A stretch of DNA of 64,000 nt from Phoronis australis (taxonomy: Eukaryota > Animalia > Phoronida). Shown in pieces: positions 24,141 to 37,500 of the stretch. Position 1 is the first letter of the stretch, and each line of letters opens with the position of its first letter. Made by a program: the position numbers and the translations under genes. The notes under the pieces were generated by a model. The model ran no database searches and was not told the origin of the DNA. It saw nothing but the letters and a program-made list of their open reading frames with translations. Location of the stretch: the NCBI GenBank assembly GCA_002633005.1, contig NMRA01000001.1, positions 963,755 to 1,027,754 of the forward strand, read 5' to 3'.

Positions 24141-25495
24141 AGAGCACAAATGCCATTTCGCGTAAATAACGTCCTAGGCTATCGTGTATTGAAAAGAGAC
24201 CTCGAAAATATTTTTCGTTCCACTAATTCGCTCACTACGCTTTTACAGCAGTTTCTGGGACCTTAAACATTGCCTCAAAATTTCTCCACGTACTCCTGCG
24301 AGTCCATAGCAAGGGCGTGTCAAATGGGTCTCCTAGTGTCAAATAGTGAAAATGTGCCATTAATTTTTCAGTTTTGGAGTAGAAAAAAGAACACTTGACT
24401 TGTCATTTGATATTTAGGTTGCCAGAGATATGAAGAATTTAAGATCCTGATGAATGATTTTAACAGTGCATCTGTTTCACCTCCTGCAAAGTATGCACAC
24501 CTATGGCGAAGGTGGAGTGAAATTGGCAACGATCAGGGGGAAGGAAGTGCTGGTGTTAGTTGAATTAGTCTGTGCCCCCCCCCCAGGAATGCACACCTTC
24601 CCTTCTAAAGCCACCAAGAGAAGATGGAGGTAAAGCAGATGTCTAGGTATAATTGGTGTCGTCAGGGGGAAGGGGTGTAAGTGGTCGACTGGGAAAAGAA
24701 GGATGTTAAACTGGTGTCGACCTTGGGGTGAATCTAGGTGGTAGTGGAGGCGAAACTGAAGTCGACAGCGGTTAACGTTGCACTCACATTTGTTTCGCCA
24801 TTCTGCGCCGATATGCATGTTATAATTTTTGGTCCAAACAAAATAGAGCCGTGACGTCGATAATTTCTTTAATTTTTCAAGCTTGTCGGACACGCAGCTT
24901 CGACTTGTTTCGACAAATCTTTCTTAAAATTGGCAGTTCAAGAGCTATCTCGAGTGTGGCGCTACGACTTTCCATTTTGAGTTATTCAAGATGAATGACT
25001 GTGGTCCGATAGTGGGATGTTTCTCATGCCTCAGTGTTGGAGTCGTCGCATGGGTTTGGCCGTTTTCTATTACTAGCACAACATTTTGTGTGATTGACAT
25101 CAAAGTTAGCCACAACTTTGCATGATCTCAAGAATGTGTGTTTGGAGACTGCACATCTCACAGACCCCAGAAAATGTTGACCTAGCGGACGACTGTGCAA
25201 GTACCGATACGCTATGATTTTACGCACGCTTCCCAGTGTTAAATATGGGCAACTCAATTCACAGGCAATGCGTACTTTCGAAATGCTTTGCAACTTTTGG
25301 GTTGCTAAACTGTAATCTGAAGCGGTTTTTTGAGTCTCTGGTGGTTTCGACGTTAATGTTGTTAGCAGAAATAAAATGTTATCGCGGTAAGAAGCATTAT
25401 GGGACAGATTTTATGAAAGTCAAACGTCTAATTCTTCTTGTCCTTTTTATTCAGCTAAACAGGGACGGGGAAACAGCCTCACATTCTTGGATTCC

Positions 25496-25581
25496 CGTGA
25501 GCGTTGCAGCACTGAAGTAAGTGAGGGGGCTATAGCCCCTACCCCCCCCCCTCCCCGGCCACCTATGGTGCGCCGCCCATG
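25496..25581 (+). mobile_element. Diverged copy of the 73-bp micro-MITE
   Basis: gcagcactgaa...gctatagcccc...atggtgcgccgcccatg is shared with 23405-23477. Confidence 0.65.
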
Positions 25582-26233
25582 ACTGTCAGGCCTGATAACG
25601 TTAGAGTAATCGCCGCTCGGCTCGGGAAGACGATAAGTGTTCCGCCGCACTGTGAGTGGCCGTCACAATTTTTGCCTCGCTGCTCGTTTGCACTCCGTCC
25701 CCTATCGCTACCATCCCCTTGTCGAGATCAGGGTCGACTGAGAGTGGTTGCTCCCCGTACCTAGCCACGCTACTTTATTTTAGAAAATATTCACGAAATA
25801 TGGGAAAGAGATATTCCTAGAGATGAATGCTTCACTGTAGTTATAAGAAAATTTCTTTAGTGAAGAAACAGGCGAACTAAACTGAGCACTTATGCAAACA
25901 CTTAATCAAAAACGTACGCAAAGCGATCGCGTTGTGGAACGTTCGACAGCATGAACTTATGCAAGACGCCCTTACCCAAAAACCTAAAAATTTGATGGAA
26001 TGGGCCCGATCTTCAACTACTGCAAATTGCTACTTTCTGTAAGGATTTATATCCGATGCCAGTGATTCGTATTTAGGCTCGAGTTTTACTCGAAAGCGAA
26101 GGTTTTTTGGTGCAGTAAAAAATGCTCACGCACACGTGATGAACATGCATCAGTACAAATGATTCATTGCTTAGATGCAGTTGTGATCATTTTGGAAACT
26201 GACAATGAGAGTCACCAAGAAGTTTTTGAAAGG

Positions 26234-28705
26234 ATGATTCCAACGTTTGTGATATCGTCAGTGATTGTAGTCTCATCGTCTCTTGGATTTTTTGTACAAG
26301 GAGACAGAAGAACTTGTAGACCTCTTCCCAATTCGAAAATAAGATGTTACGAACCATTTCACATAACATCATTGCGCAAAATAGACAAAGCAAAACAAAA
26401 TGCACAACCGGGATCACGTCGGCCTAAAAGAAATGACCGAGAAGCATTGTATACTAATGCCGTCATCATCAATTTCAGAGCCTTCAAAAAAGACTTTTAC
26501 CTAGAATTGAAACAGGGCAGAGAGTTGTTTACGGACAATTTCCACGTTGAAGCTAAAGGTCACACAGGATCAAAATTTAACTTTGACCTTTTGAAGACAG
26601 GCGCGTTTTATACAGGATTTGTTCGAGGTGACATGTACTCCCTTGCTTATGGCTGGCTTGACGAGCACATTGCCGAGTTCGACGGCATCTTCAATACAAA
26701 AGATGAATGTTACTTGATTGAACCCGCAAAGAGACATGGATTGAATTTGCGCTCTGTTATTTATAGAGCGAGTGATTTGGAACTCGAAGGCTCTGTTTTT
26801 CATTACTGTGGATTACAGAAAATGAAAAGACGATTCGAATCTGGTATTTTTCATGACCATAATAGACAATTTCGCAAAAAACGGCAATCAGGGACTCGTA
26901 AGGTGAAAAACAAAATTTGTCATTTGCACATCATCGCGGATCATTTATATTTTAAGCATGTTGCAGACAGCAGCATTGGAATAGCAGTCAAAGACATTGT
27001 ACTTTATGTCGCACATTCAAATGCTTTGTATCAGTATACCCCATTTGACAAGATTCACAACACGGAGATCGGTTTAAAATTGCACAAAATAACATTGTTC
27101 ATGAATGAACACGACCCGGGCAACACACGGATCGGCAGAGTGGAACAGGCAAGCGCATATTTACACAAATTCGCGTCCACGGACAGCAAGTATTTTAAAG
27201 ACTTTTGCTTGGGATTAGGTCTTACTTACATAGATTTTTCTGGAGGTGTGCTAGGTCTAGCTTACATCGGGAACCACCGTGGGGCAGGAATCTGTGGCTC
27301 ATGTGTGCTACGGAAAACAGGACGCAGATGCTTGAATGCCGCCATAACAACCTTTCTTAACTATGGGAAAAGGGTCACGCGCTTGGTTGGAACTATTACC
27401 ATCGCCCATGAAATAGGTCACTCTTTTGGGTCACTACACGACCCTGTCTTACACAAATCTTGTGCACCTGGCGGGGGCATAGGAAACTTCTTAATGTATC
27501 CCTACGCTGGCACTGGACAATATCCAAACAACAAATTTTTTTCAGTTTGTAGCATTAACCATATGTGGCCAATAATCGAAAATAGGGGATTTTGTATGTT
27601 AAACGAGGATAAGTCCGTGTGTGGTAACGCTGTTAAGGAACATGACGAGGAATGCGACTGTGGAGAGAAGGACACTTGCGACGACTGGGATCATTGCTGT
27701 GTACCGCCAGATGACGGGGAACATAAACCGTGCACTATCAGGCGTCACCTTGGTTACACGTGCAGCGCGACGTCGAACTTGTGCTGCGACGCAATAACCT
27801 GCCAACCAGTTCCAAAGGCCAAACAGAAGGCATGTTTGAGGGGGTTTGAATGTTTGCGTTCGGCTACCTGCAACGGAGTCGATTCTACATGTCCCATTCC
27901 GTCAATCTTGCCTAATGGAACACCTTGCAGATCGGGAAGTCTTATATGTTCAGGGGGAGTGTGCAACACAACCAGATGTGCGCAATTAGGGTTTCAACAG
28001 TGTCAGTGTAAACACAAGGAGTTTCTGTGCGTGTTGTGTTGCCAAGATGCAAATGGCTTGTGCATACCGTATGACCAAGATCCAGGAAACGGAGCGTTCA
28101 TTGAACTGACCCAGGGTGAAGATTGCGACGGAAATCTTGGAGCATGTGACATGTTTGGAAAATGTTTTATCAAGACCTTAGAAGCACACGAAACTTTTCT
28201 GATGTTGTTCACAGAAGAAGGTCTCTCTTCGGTGACAGACTGGATTAAACAAAAGTGGTACGTAATTTTTGCCGTTCTGGTTGTATTACTGGGAGCTGGA
28301 GTAGTCATAAAGTTCAAACGTTTGTTGAACAGCGTAGACCCTGGCTTGATGGCATATAGAACAGGAAATTTTGCAAGGATAATGTTTGAAGTAAAACGTA
28401 TCCTCGGCATGTTTCTAGTAAAGCATCACCTCCTCTCCAAGTTGAAATTTAACTCTGGCATTCAAGTCCCTGATGCCTTTGCAAGATTAGAGACAATGTT
28501 TCCGACTGTTCCAAAAGATACGATACGAAAGACAGTGCGTGAATGCTCAACAGAAGATTGGGCGGTGAAGCGTTTGCTGGTAATAGGATTTCCTTTAAAG
28601 AAGTACTATGATCCGCGTTTCTCATCTTTGGGTTCCTCAACAGCGGATGATAGCTTGCAAACATTACATTACGGAAGTCCCGAAACCACTTCCACTGATC
28701 ACTAA
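26234..28705 (+). CDS. ADAM10: ADAM10/kuzbanian-like disintegrin metalloprotease, copy 3 (intronless)
   Basis: HEIGHSFGSLHD, FLMYP, YCG switch, RPKR/RKKR, disintegrin, Cys-rich, TM, tail. Start placed at MIPT (26234); the upstream in-frame ATG at 26159 corresponds to an out-of-frame ATG in copy 4. Symbol is family-level. Confidence 0.93.
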   Translation: MIPTFVISSVIVVSSSLGFFVQGDRRTCRPLPNSKIRCYEPFHITSLRKIDKAKQNAQPGSRRPKRNDREALYTNAVIINFRAFKKDFYLELKQGRELFTDNFHVEAKGHTGSKFNFDLLKTGAFYTGFVRGDMYSLAYGWLDEHIAEFDGIFNTKDECYLIEPAKRHGLNLRSVIYRASDLELEGSVFHYCGLQKMKRRFESGIFHDHNRQFRKKRQSGTRKVKNKICHLHIIADHLYFKHVADSSIGIAVKDIVLYVAHSNALYQYTPFDKIHNTEIGLKLHKITLFMNEHDPGNTRIGRVEQASAYLHKFASTDSKYFKDFCLGLGLTYIDFSGGVLGLAYIGNHRGAGICGSCVLRKTGRRCLNAAITTFLNYGKRVTRLVGTITIAHEIGHSFGSLHDPVLHKSCAPGGGIGNFLMYPYAGTGQYPNNKFFSVCSINHMWPIIENRGFCMLNEDKSVCGNAVKEHDEECDCGEKDTCDDWDHCCVPPDDGEHKPCTIRRHLGYTCSATSNLCCDAITCQPVPKAKQKACLRGFECLRSATCNGVDSTCPIPSILPNGTPCRSGSLICSGGVCNTTRCAQLGFQQCQCKHKEFLCVLCCQDANGLCIPYDQDPGNGAFIELTQGEDCDGNLGACDMFGKCFIKTLEAHETFLMLFTEEGLSSVTDWIKQKWYVIFAVLVVLLGAGVVIKFKRLLNSVDPGLMAYRTGNFARIMFEVKRILGMFLVKHHLLSKLKFNSGIQVPDAFARLETMFPTVPKDTIRKTVRECSTEDWAVKRLLVIGFPLKKYYDPRFSSLGSSTADDSLQTLHYGSPETTSTDH

Positions 28706-30070
28706 ATGATGTCACTCACAGCAGGTCAAGCAACTACAGACCTGGGCCTAAGACTGGACTCGAACTCAGACTCTAAGCATGATTCGAGTACAGATTTGTA
28801 CGTTCACTGGAAGCGTCCTGCGAAAATGGTGTTAACTTAGGACAAATTTTCGTCTTCAGCCACTTTTCTTGGAATGAGGTTAGACCACGGTCCACTGGTA
28901 GGAACAATGGCATCTGTCTTCTAATGATCAGAACGGACTTTCCGATGAGAATGCCGGATGAAAAATGACACCAATGGACAAGAAATGTATATGACCAAGC
29001 TTTTGAGAGTAGAGTCATTTTAATGTACATGTATAAACAGTCGCCGCTAAATCTTGAGGCAAATTTTAGCTTTTGAACTGGTTATCATTTGTAGTACTAC
29101 AGCAACAGTGTCGAATGAGAGTCGATTCATACAGTTTCAGAGCTGTTTTTATATGCTTACCTTTACCTTAAGTTGTCGCACTGTGGCGGCAAAAGTGGAA
29201 AAAATGTTAGTGTGCGACACATGGCGCGGCAGTGGCATTAATTAACAATAATCGTGATTTGGGAATGCACAACTGATTGATTCGTCCTGCCCATTACAAC
29301 CCCTGTTTTTCCCATTTCACACTTTTTTGTATCCGTCCTTCCATCCGAATGCACGTCATTCCCGATTCCAGTCTGTCCTTACCATCGGAAATTTGAGTTT
29401 CATTTTGGATGATAAAAACTTGTTTTTGGCGACGTTGTAGTAGCATATATTGTCGCACGCGACCTATGTTGTCGTCCGCGTGGCAACTGATGCCTAGCAC
29501 AATGCGACAGTATGTGCTCAGTTCCACCATCGACACATGTTCACGGCATAAATTTTCGCACCCGGCAAATGTTGTATTACAGGGCGCGGCAATATGTGCC
29601 GAGTGCGACAATATTTACACTTACAATGTGATGACACATTTTGTCAACTCCTAAAAGCATGTACTTTTCGTGAAATTACATGTATGTGACATGTAAGCCT
29701 ACGTGATATTGCGTGTAGACCTAAGAAAAGTCACTCGCCAATACAAAGTTTGACGAGACAGTGACCGAAAGTTAGAAGGTGTAAACGGGTTTTTAGAATG
29801 TCAAGGTCCCTATTTGTAAGATCTACGCTCTCTCAAACGAGGCTGGCAACATCGTGGTTATTGTCACCACCAATCATCTTTTGCATTTTTACACCGTTTA
29901 ACTACATGCTTGTTTTGGTCTTTTTGCTATTTCTTGGCCTCCCTTTGCCTTTGGATCCACCCATGTGCCAAAACTCTGCTAAGAAAATTAAATTTTAACA
30001 AGTTGGGGAAGACGATATTTTGTATCCGCCGTCACGTACCGTTGGCCAGGCGACAATATGTGCTGATATT

Positions 30071-30334
30071 CATGCGCGCACCTAGCCTTCAATATGGGGG
30101 GCTCGAATTCCTGACTTTGTGGACCTTATGGTAACAAAAAAGCGGGCGGATTAAAACAAAAAAAAACGGGAGCACCACCGTAGATTGCGCGTTTGGGCAT
30201 GTTTAGTGGACTTTTGCCTCATTTTCTCGGACTTTTTGTCTCTCAGAGGCGGACGTTTTTGCCCACTTCACCAAATGGAGGGGGGGGGGGCTCGTTCGAG
30301 CCCCACGAACCCCTCCCCCCTGGGTGCGCGCATG
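30071..30334 (+). mobile_element. MITE with CATGCGCGCACC termini; relative at ~31534-31820
   Basis: TIR catgcgcgcacc / ggtgcgcgcatg; flanks gatatt / aatatt (imperfect 6-bp TSD). Confidence 0.7.
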
Positions 30335-30689
30335 AATATTGAAACCATATATTGTTGAAGTCGGCGTATATAGGAGCGTGTACGTTCCGTAAGATTTTAC
30401 TGTTGCGACACTCAGAATTAGTGAAGCGTGTCGTTAGTTTGACATCTTAAACAAATAAACAATTGAACTAAAACGTTGCATTAAATTTTCCCGAGCCGTA
30501 GTGAGTACACGTGCATCGATGTTAACCTAGCCGCTTACATGTAGATCTGACATAACTACGACCAGGCAACCGGCAATACACCAAGGGCTGAAGGCACCTC
30601 CGCATGGGCACTTCAGTAATGAGTACGTTGGGCATTTTGTGTATTTCTTTAACTGTATGGATAAATTAACCCATGAATGTAAAGTGGAA

Positions 30690-31440
30690 ATCCCTTATTG
30701 AGTGAGGAAACCCGTCTAGAACATCGAAGCACATATCGGGAAGACCGAGGCGTCCGAATGCGGCTATGACACTTGTCAGGCTGGAGACAAGTTACTGAGA
30801 AGTTGTCTTGAAAGAGCTGACGGTTCTGGTCTTTGATGGCTGTGATAGGTCGCTAATCTGCGATTGCGATGACTATTTAGTCTCGTAGCAAGTTGTCGTC
30901 TAGTGTCACTTATGTAGTTCTCAGGGCAATCTCCATACCGGCATTCAGAATAACTCCGCATTTCTCAAGAAGAGGGTATACATCCTTAGCAGGCGAAAGG
31001 ATGGCTCGGATGGTGTTGAAAGGTTTGCAATAGGATTTGAAGTTATGCTTGCGGTAGATAGCCTGTAAACATTCCGAGGTCCCTCTCACGTAGGTGATGC
31101 ACACTGGAAACTTCATAACAGAATCTTCACGGGGTTTGTTTTGACCGTCTTCATCACGCACGTGAAATCTATTCTTGATGCAATAGCACGCACAGCACGT
31201 TTAACGCTGTTTACTTCCTGTCCTTCCTCGTTGATATCACGTGATAGTTTCTCAGCTCAGTTGAAAAGAGTCCTCACGACCAATCTCTTGACTGTGGGAA
31301 AAGTGATGATTGTAGTCGAAACTGAGATATTGGTTCGTATGAGTAGGTTTTTGATAAATCGAAGTGGAGATGGAACCATCATCGTGAAGGCGAGCGAGAA
31401 TATCTACGAAAGAAAGTGTTGCATTTTGTTCAAGTTCTCT
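30690..31440 (-). mobile_element. Penelope-like retroelement 3' fragment (RT thumb + GIY-YIG region), decayed
   Basis: YQKPTHTNQYLSFD.NHH, ITYVRGTSECLQAIYRKH...KPFNTIRAIL, C..NYISDTRRQLATR. Confidence 0.8.
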
Positions 31441-31533
31441 AGCAGGCCCGTAGCGGGGGGGTTCGATCTAAGCCCCCGCGGAAAAGGTCCAGCCCCAGTA
31501 AATACAGGGTATTCGTGGACAACAACAACTACT

Positions 31534-31820
31534 CATGCGCGCACCCAGCCTAAAATACAGGGGGGTGGGGCTCGAATTTTTCGGTATGCGGACCTTTCAC
31601 TGACAAAAATCGACGACTAAAAAAACAAAAAAAAACAGGACCACAAGGTTCAGGCCTACGGATTGTGCACCCGCGCCGAATTCTTGTGGGCTTTGTGGAC
31701 TTTTGTCTCCTTTACTCGGACTTTTTGTTTTGCTGAGGCGGACCTCTTTGCCCAATTCGCCAAATTGCAGGGGGGGGGGGGCTCGAACGCCAAAAATGAA
31801 ACAGGAAGACAGCAAGCGCG
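31534..31820 (+). mobile_element. MITE related to 30071-30334
   Basis: Shares the catgcgcgcacc start, gggggctcgaatt, ctcggactttttgt and gaggcggac motifs. Confidence 0.6.
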
Positions 31821-32044
31821 TGAGGAAATATTGAGTGTACTAATTACCTTGGTAATGACGAAAAGTCGAAACACGGTGTAGGAAGCGTCTCCCCGTTTTT
31901 TCTTTTTTAGTCGCGCGGTTGCATTTTAGCACGGAGGTCCACATTCTCAGAAGTCCAAGTCCTCCTTCATTTTAGGCTGCTGGTGCTTTACGCGATTGCC
32001 CGAGACAAAGTGTTGCACCTCCTTCCTTATGTTATCGTTGATTC

Positions 32045-32860
32045 ACCACTGACTCCGAAGATTCACTACTCCGAAAGTTCACTACTTCGAAGGTTCGGTA
32101 CCTTGGGAATTTCACGGTTTCGAATCAGTGTCCACAAATCCGGAACCAGAACTAAAGAGTCGAAACTTACGAGCTGATTTAATAACCATTTAAAAGGTGT
32201 GGAAGAGCTGAGTTCTTAAACACTGATTACTTTGTTTACAACTGAGCTCAGTTCCAATCACTGTCAATCGTGATTCTTGAATATAACTAACGACTCATTC
32301 TCAAGCAGGGACAACATCTGGGGCACGGTTCAGAGCTGCGGCGACCAATAGCAGTTTTGAATTTAAGAAGATTGAATGGGACTCTTTGACTGGAAGGAAC
32401 AAGACAAGCTTCATGTACTAGCTACGTTTAGTTTCGACACGTCCGTGAGTGCGCGTTGTTCCAGTGGGTGAGGTTTAGCGAAGCGGCCCCAAACTTTTCA
32501 TTCGCACTGTGAAATGATGCGATATTGTCATGGATTTGAGGAATGAATCGTGATTGATGATTCATCGCCATTTCCTTTTCATTTATTTTAAAAACGCAAG
32601 TACGTACTCATTTTTCCAGTATTAAGATATGCAGGCAATTCCGCATGCGCATAAATCAAAAAGTGTTTTAGTATCCGGGTGCTGCTTTCGGTATAGGTAC
32701 ACCACTCAGTGCATCTAATAACCGAATTATCGTTTATTTTTACATGTAAATGTATGAAAATTACACCCGAAATTTTAGATATTTTCCTAGTAAACCTTCG
32801 GAGTTATAGTGAACCTTCTGAATACTGAACCTTCGGTGTAGTGAACCTACGGAATAGTGG
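32045..32860. mobile_element. MITE with inverted arrays of ~17-bp subterminal repeats
   Basis: About three (tccgaa.gttcactac) units on the left, and 3-4 reverse-complement units (gtgaaccttcgg) on the right. Confidence 0.6.
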
Positions 32861-33609
32861 TCTGTTCCAGTTTCCAGCGATGTAATCAATCTTAAGTAAC
32901 ACGAAGAAATACAACCAAATAAAAATTTCGTCTAGTCATTCTCCGGCTTAACGTTTCAGTCCGAGTATCTAATGAGGTGTAATCACTCTAGCACGTCTGA
33001 TTTGAGAATTTGACAGGATATAACGCGAGAACACCTATAAAAATAATACTTCAAGGTGTAAGCCTTTCTAGTCTCGCAAAAGAACACAATAGATAAGTGG
33101 CCAATTTCCAGCGTTATGTTCAGACATAATATTTACAAAATTTCCTTGATTTACAAGCCTTGGAAAAATACCGTACTTTGCTCTCAAATCAGCGTATGGA
33201 GGACAATCAAGTAAAGAACGAATTTCATCTTCAATTAGTTCTTTAAAATATACTGTACAAAAGCGCTCTTCTCTTGGGGTTTCTAAACATCTTTAACTTT
33301 CAATTGTCAACGAATGATTTACACATCTAAACTTAGGAACAGCAGACACACTCTTCTATTACAAGGTAATTTTTATAAAGCTTGTAACAATCAAGTTTAC
33401 CAGAAGATGACTTTTTTATGTCACAGCTGGGAATCAATATCTGAAGATCCATCACTAAAGCTAACTCGTCACCACCACCCTGACAATCTCGTATTGAAAC
33501 CAAACCCCATTCTGCATAACATGTTATGGACACCTAATCCCCAAGAACTTTATCCTTTTTCTGCAAGATAAACCTGAAAAACATAGCAAAATTTTATCTA
33601 TAGCGGTTA

Positions 33610-34185
33610 TCAAGCAGTGCAAGACAGTATTTTTGACTGATAATCAGCTCTGTTAAGAATGACAGCAGCCCTACCTTTAACAGCATCTTAGAATGTCAAT
33701 GGAGTTGTCCTCTTTCAAGCGAATTCAATGGTCTATATTCTTCCTTGATACTGTGTGGCAAGGGACCTTTGTAATTCTTGGCGATCTTTGTCACTTCAGC
33801 ACGAATCGCGTCAGGTGTATTTTTCATCCCATAGTAATTTAGCTGACGACACACGTGTTCGTTGTTCGTGATGACCTCTTTAACTGGAGTGTTCTTGGTG
33901 ACCTCATGGAAGTTCAGTCCCCGTTCCATATCATGTTAATTCTCCGCTGGCGCGAGTACAAGGACCGACAAACTGACCACCCATCGCTCTTTGATCGAAA
34001 TTCGGCGGGACTGCATGGTGTTGAAGCCTAAAATCTGTTTGTAGTCGACCAAACTTTTCCTGACCCTTGGTTTCAATGGAATACAACTCACGGTTACGTG
34101 TTGTTTTGATGTGACGATTTACGGCAGCCTGCATGTCGTTATCACGAACAATGAAGCAAAAGGATGACTTGAAGAAGTTGAATTC
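33610..34185 (-). mobile_element. Penelope-like retroelement N-terminal ORF fragment, inverted
   Basis: ERGLNF...PVKEVIT..., AIRAEV, then AVKGRAAVILNRADYQSKILS (ADKG motif typical of Penelope-like elements) after a frameshift. Confidence 0.7.
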
Positions 34186-35430
34186 CGCAACAGCGAGGAT
34201 TTCATTGACGAAATGCATAACCTCTAGATACCTCCTGAACGGAAAATGTCAACTTATGACATGAATGTATTGTTCACAAGTGTGCCCACCGTCTGGAGAA
34301 CAAGGAATTAGACAAGCGCACAAATTTACCCAGAGAATGCATCCTACAGCGACTGCAGTTTTGTTAAAGCATCCTACAGCGACTGCAGTTTTGTTTAGAC
34401 ACCACTTACTTTGTGTATAATGGAATCTACTATCACCAGATTAGAGGAGCCCCTGTAGGCTTACCCGATCTCACCGATTATCGTCAATATCTGCATGAGG
34501 GACTTTGAAATGAGAGCTATAGCGACAGCTCCGACTTCACCCTCACATTGGAGTCGTTACCAAGAGGATACTTTCATTGTTATACATGAAGCATGCATCG
34601 ATGAGTTCACAGAACATCTAAACAACATTAACCCAGCGATTCAGTTCACTAAAGAATTTGAACAAAATGGAACACTTTCTTCTTTCCATCTCCACTTCGA
34701 TTTATCAAAAACCTACTGTACGCATACGAACCAATATCCCAGTTTCGACTCCAATCATCATTTGTCGCACAAGAGATCTGTTGTGGGGACTCCTTTCAAC
34801 AGAGCTGAGATGAAACCGTAGTGTCTGATGTCAACGAGAACGCACAGGAAGTCAACCACGTTACACTAATGGGTGTCAAGAATGGATGTTGACGTGTGTG
34901 ATAAAGACGGTCAAAATGAACCCCGTGAAGAGTGTTTCGTTACGTTTCCTCTGTGCATCCCCCCTACGTGACGGGGATCTCGGAAACTTTACAGGCTATC
35001 TACAACAAGCATAACAGTGAATCGTATCATAAACCTTTCAACACCGTCCGAGTCATCCTTCCGTCTGGCAAGGCTATATCCCCTCTTCGTCATAGAAGCG
35101 GAGTTATTTATGAGTACAATACAAGTGCGAGAATTGCATGGGTGACACTGGGCGACAACTTGCAACAAGAGTGAAGGATCACCGCAAGCGCAAATTTGCG
35201 ACCTATCACAGTCATCCAAGAACATGTGGAAGACCAGAACAAACAGCTTTCTGAAGACAATTTCTCAGTAATTTGTTCCCACCCTGATGAGTGGAAATGA
35301 CGCATTCGGGAAGCCATAGAAATCCAAATCAGCAAACCAAGTCTCAACAGAGTTCCTGGCCTCGATATTCCCGCTGTTTACTCTGACGTACTAAAGGGGT
35401 TTCTCCTATAAGGGAACCCTATGTTGCTGA
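34185..35430 (+). mobile_element. Penelope-like retroelement RT + GIY-YIG region, decayed
   Basis: NSEDFID...YDMNVLFTSVP, GAPVG.P, WSRYQEDTF (decayed RYVDD), HLNNINPAIQFTKE, THTNQY.SFDSNHH.SHKRSVV, PYVTGISE, SGVIY, REAIEI...LNR. Internal 30-bp tandem duplication at ~34339-34396. Confidence 0.88.
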
Positions 35431-37089
35431 TTTTAACTAGACCACGGAGGACGCGCCTGGTAGTGAAACAACTCCTTGAGATATGGACGGAACGACGTAC
35501 ACCGATAGCAGTGCTGTAGTGGGGCGTAGGCGCACGTAGGCGCAGCCAACCACATGTTGACATTTAAACGTAGCGCCTACGTTCAGTGCTCAAGGTGATG
35601 CGGTGGGCTTTGGGGGCCTACTTACCTCTAATTTTACCACTACAACACTGGCCAACAGCAGAATATGTATGTTGTTATCTGCTCCACAAGGAATCCTTTC
35701 CACCTCTTCTCATTTCTACAAATTGATGTCTATTTAAATGACAATTATTCGGGTGAAAAGAATTTCGTTCTTGAGAAATGAAAAGAGGTCAATGTGAAAA
35801 GAACTGAGTTAATGAGAACAATATTGCGATTGACCGGAAAATAACTATAGCTGGTAAGAAAAGAATTGCGTTATTGAGAAAAGACCCTTGCGGACCGTTT
35901 TTGATTCAACGAGGTCTCACATATGGCGTTAGAATTTCCACAGGTTTGCTAACTATGGTGTCATAAGGATACCCAGAGGCGTCCGTGGTCACCATGCGAA
36001 TCAAAAGTTGAGTTGGTCGCAGAAATATTGAAAACTGCAGATTTTACTATCGAAGTTGTAAGAGTATTCAGAAAATATCTTCAACTCTCAATGTTGTTCA
36101 TATTGAATACAAGACACAATCCAGGGGTTGATTATTCAATTTTCCATTGTAAGATGCAGAAGTTCTTCGTAAAAATCCGGCACTTTACAAGGCCAGCCAC
36201 GTTTTCAGTTCACCGCAGTATCTATCTTGTTAGTTAGGCCTCGATAAAGAAAAAGTGCAAGAATTCAAATCATAACTAAAGCCTTAATACCATTGCAGCT
36301 ACCATTACGATCACCAATCACTCCGGTGTCGGTTGACCAGCGAAGCGGAGAACTGAGAGATAAGAATTAATTGCATAAATAATCAGAAAGTTTCTTTGTT
36401 CAAACAACTCCGCTGCATTCACGTACTGATAGCTTAAATGTATTACCAAGCTCTGTTTTCGTCATTTACTTTAGTTTTAAAGCAAACCGGCATTTATATT
36501 GTCTGCTCTTCATAGAGCGTAACGTAATAATACGCTTGTTTACTCTGCGTAGTTCTCTAACAATCTACTGTGTGAACGTTAGGAATGACCAACTCGAAAC
36601 CGTAGACTCGTGTATCAAGATGTGCAGGGCCACAGCAATAAGTACAAATACTGGTCCTTAGCGTTTTGGGAAAGAAGGCTCATTAAGAATCTCAGTGTAT
36701 GCAACAGTGAGACACATAACAATTTTCAATTCAAATTTGAATTAACAATCAAAACAATTTGGTTATTCCCTCATCTATATTTATTACAAGACGTATTCTG
36801 CACATTCTTGTGTGAATTGAATGGTGACGACTCGAGGTGTTACTCAACAATTTTTGTTGGTTTTGGACTTGAAAAAGTACATGTCTTTGCGACTTCACCA
36901 CTTTGTTCCACAGGGTGTACAAACCTGAAGCACGAAACTCGAAATGGCCAGCCACCCAAACAGTCGCCAATTTTAAATAAAACTGTGGAGACAAAATTCA
37001 AACGTGGCTCGAAAATGATAGAGCGACCCATTTAGTGTCGCGCCTGTAAATTGAAAAAAGGCACTGCGCAGTTCTCACTGGGTTTTGTG

Positions 37090-37500
37090 TCTGACTGTGC
37101 ACACATCACTGGGATTGTAGCCTTTCTTCCACTGTGTTGAAAACTCCATGAACAAAATGAAACTTGATTGTGGCTCATATTTTTGGTCCTTTGAGCACTC
37201 ACTACAAAGGAACTCAGGCTCAGACAAAAGTGCCAAAAACGCAAAATTGACACTTTTCAGCCACAAACCACCACTTCCTTGCCAACTCTCGACACGAGCT
37301 TAAATGGATTATGAATGAAAGTTCACGGACTATTGTGCAAATGTGGTCCAAGAGACTTGCCACCCAAAGCAGATTTTTGAAAACTCTTGAGAGATATAGA
37401 AAATCGCAGCCAATTCTTCTGTCACTGCATTGCAATGCAGCCAGTACTGCAACAGGAAGATGCCATTTTGAAGTAAATAAAATTCGCAGCCGTATAGTGG
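37090..37500 (+). mobile_element. Decayed transposase-like remnant, dispersed repeat copy 2
   Basis: Homologous to 400-950 (-); see that entry. Confidence 0.45.

Noticed and set aside
32045-32860. Short regularly spaced repeats resembling a CRISPR array or iterons
   Set aside because: No unique spacers, eukaryotic context, and inverted symmetry typical of MITE subterminal repeats.
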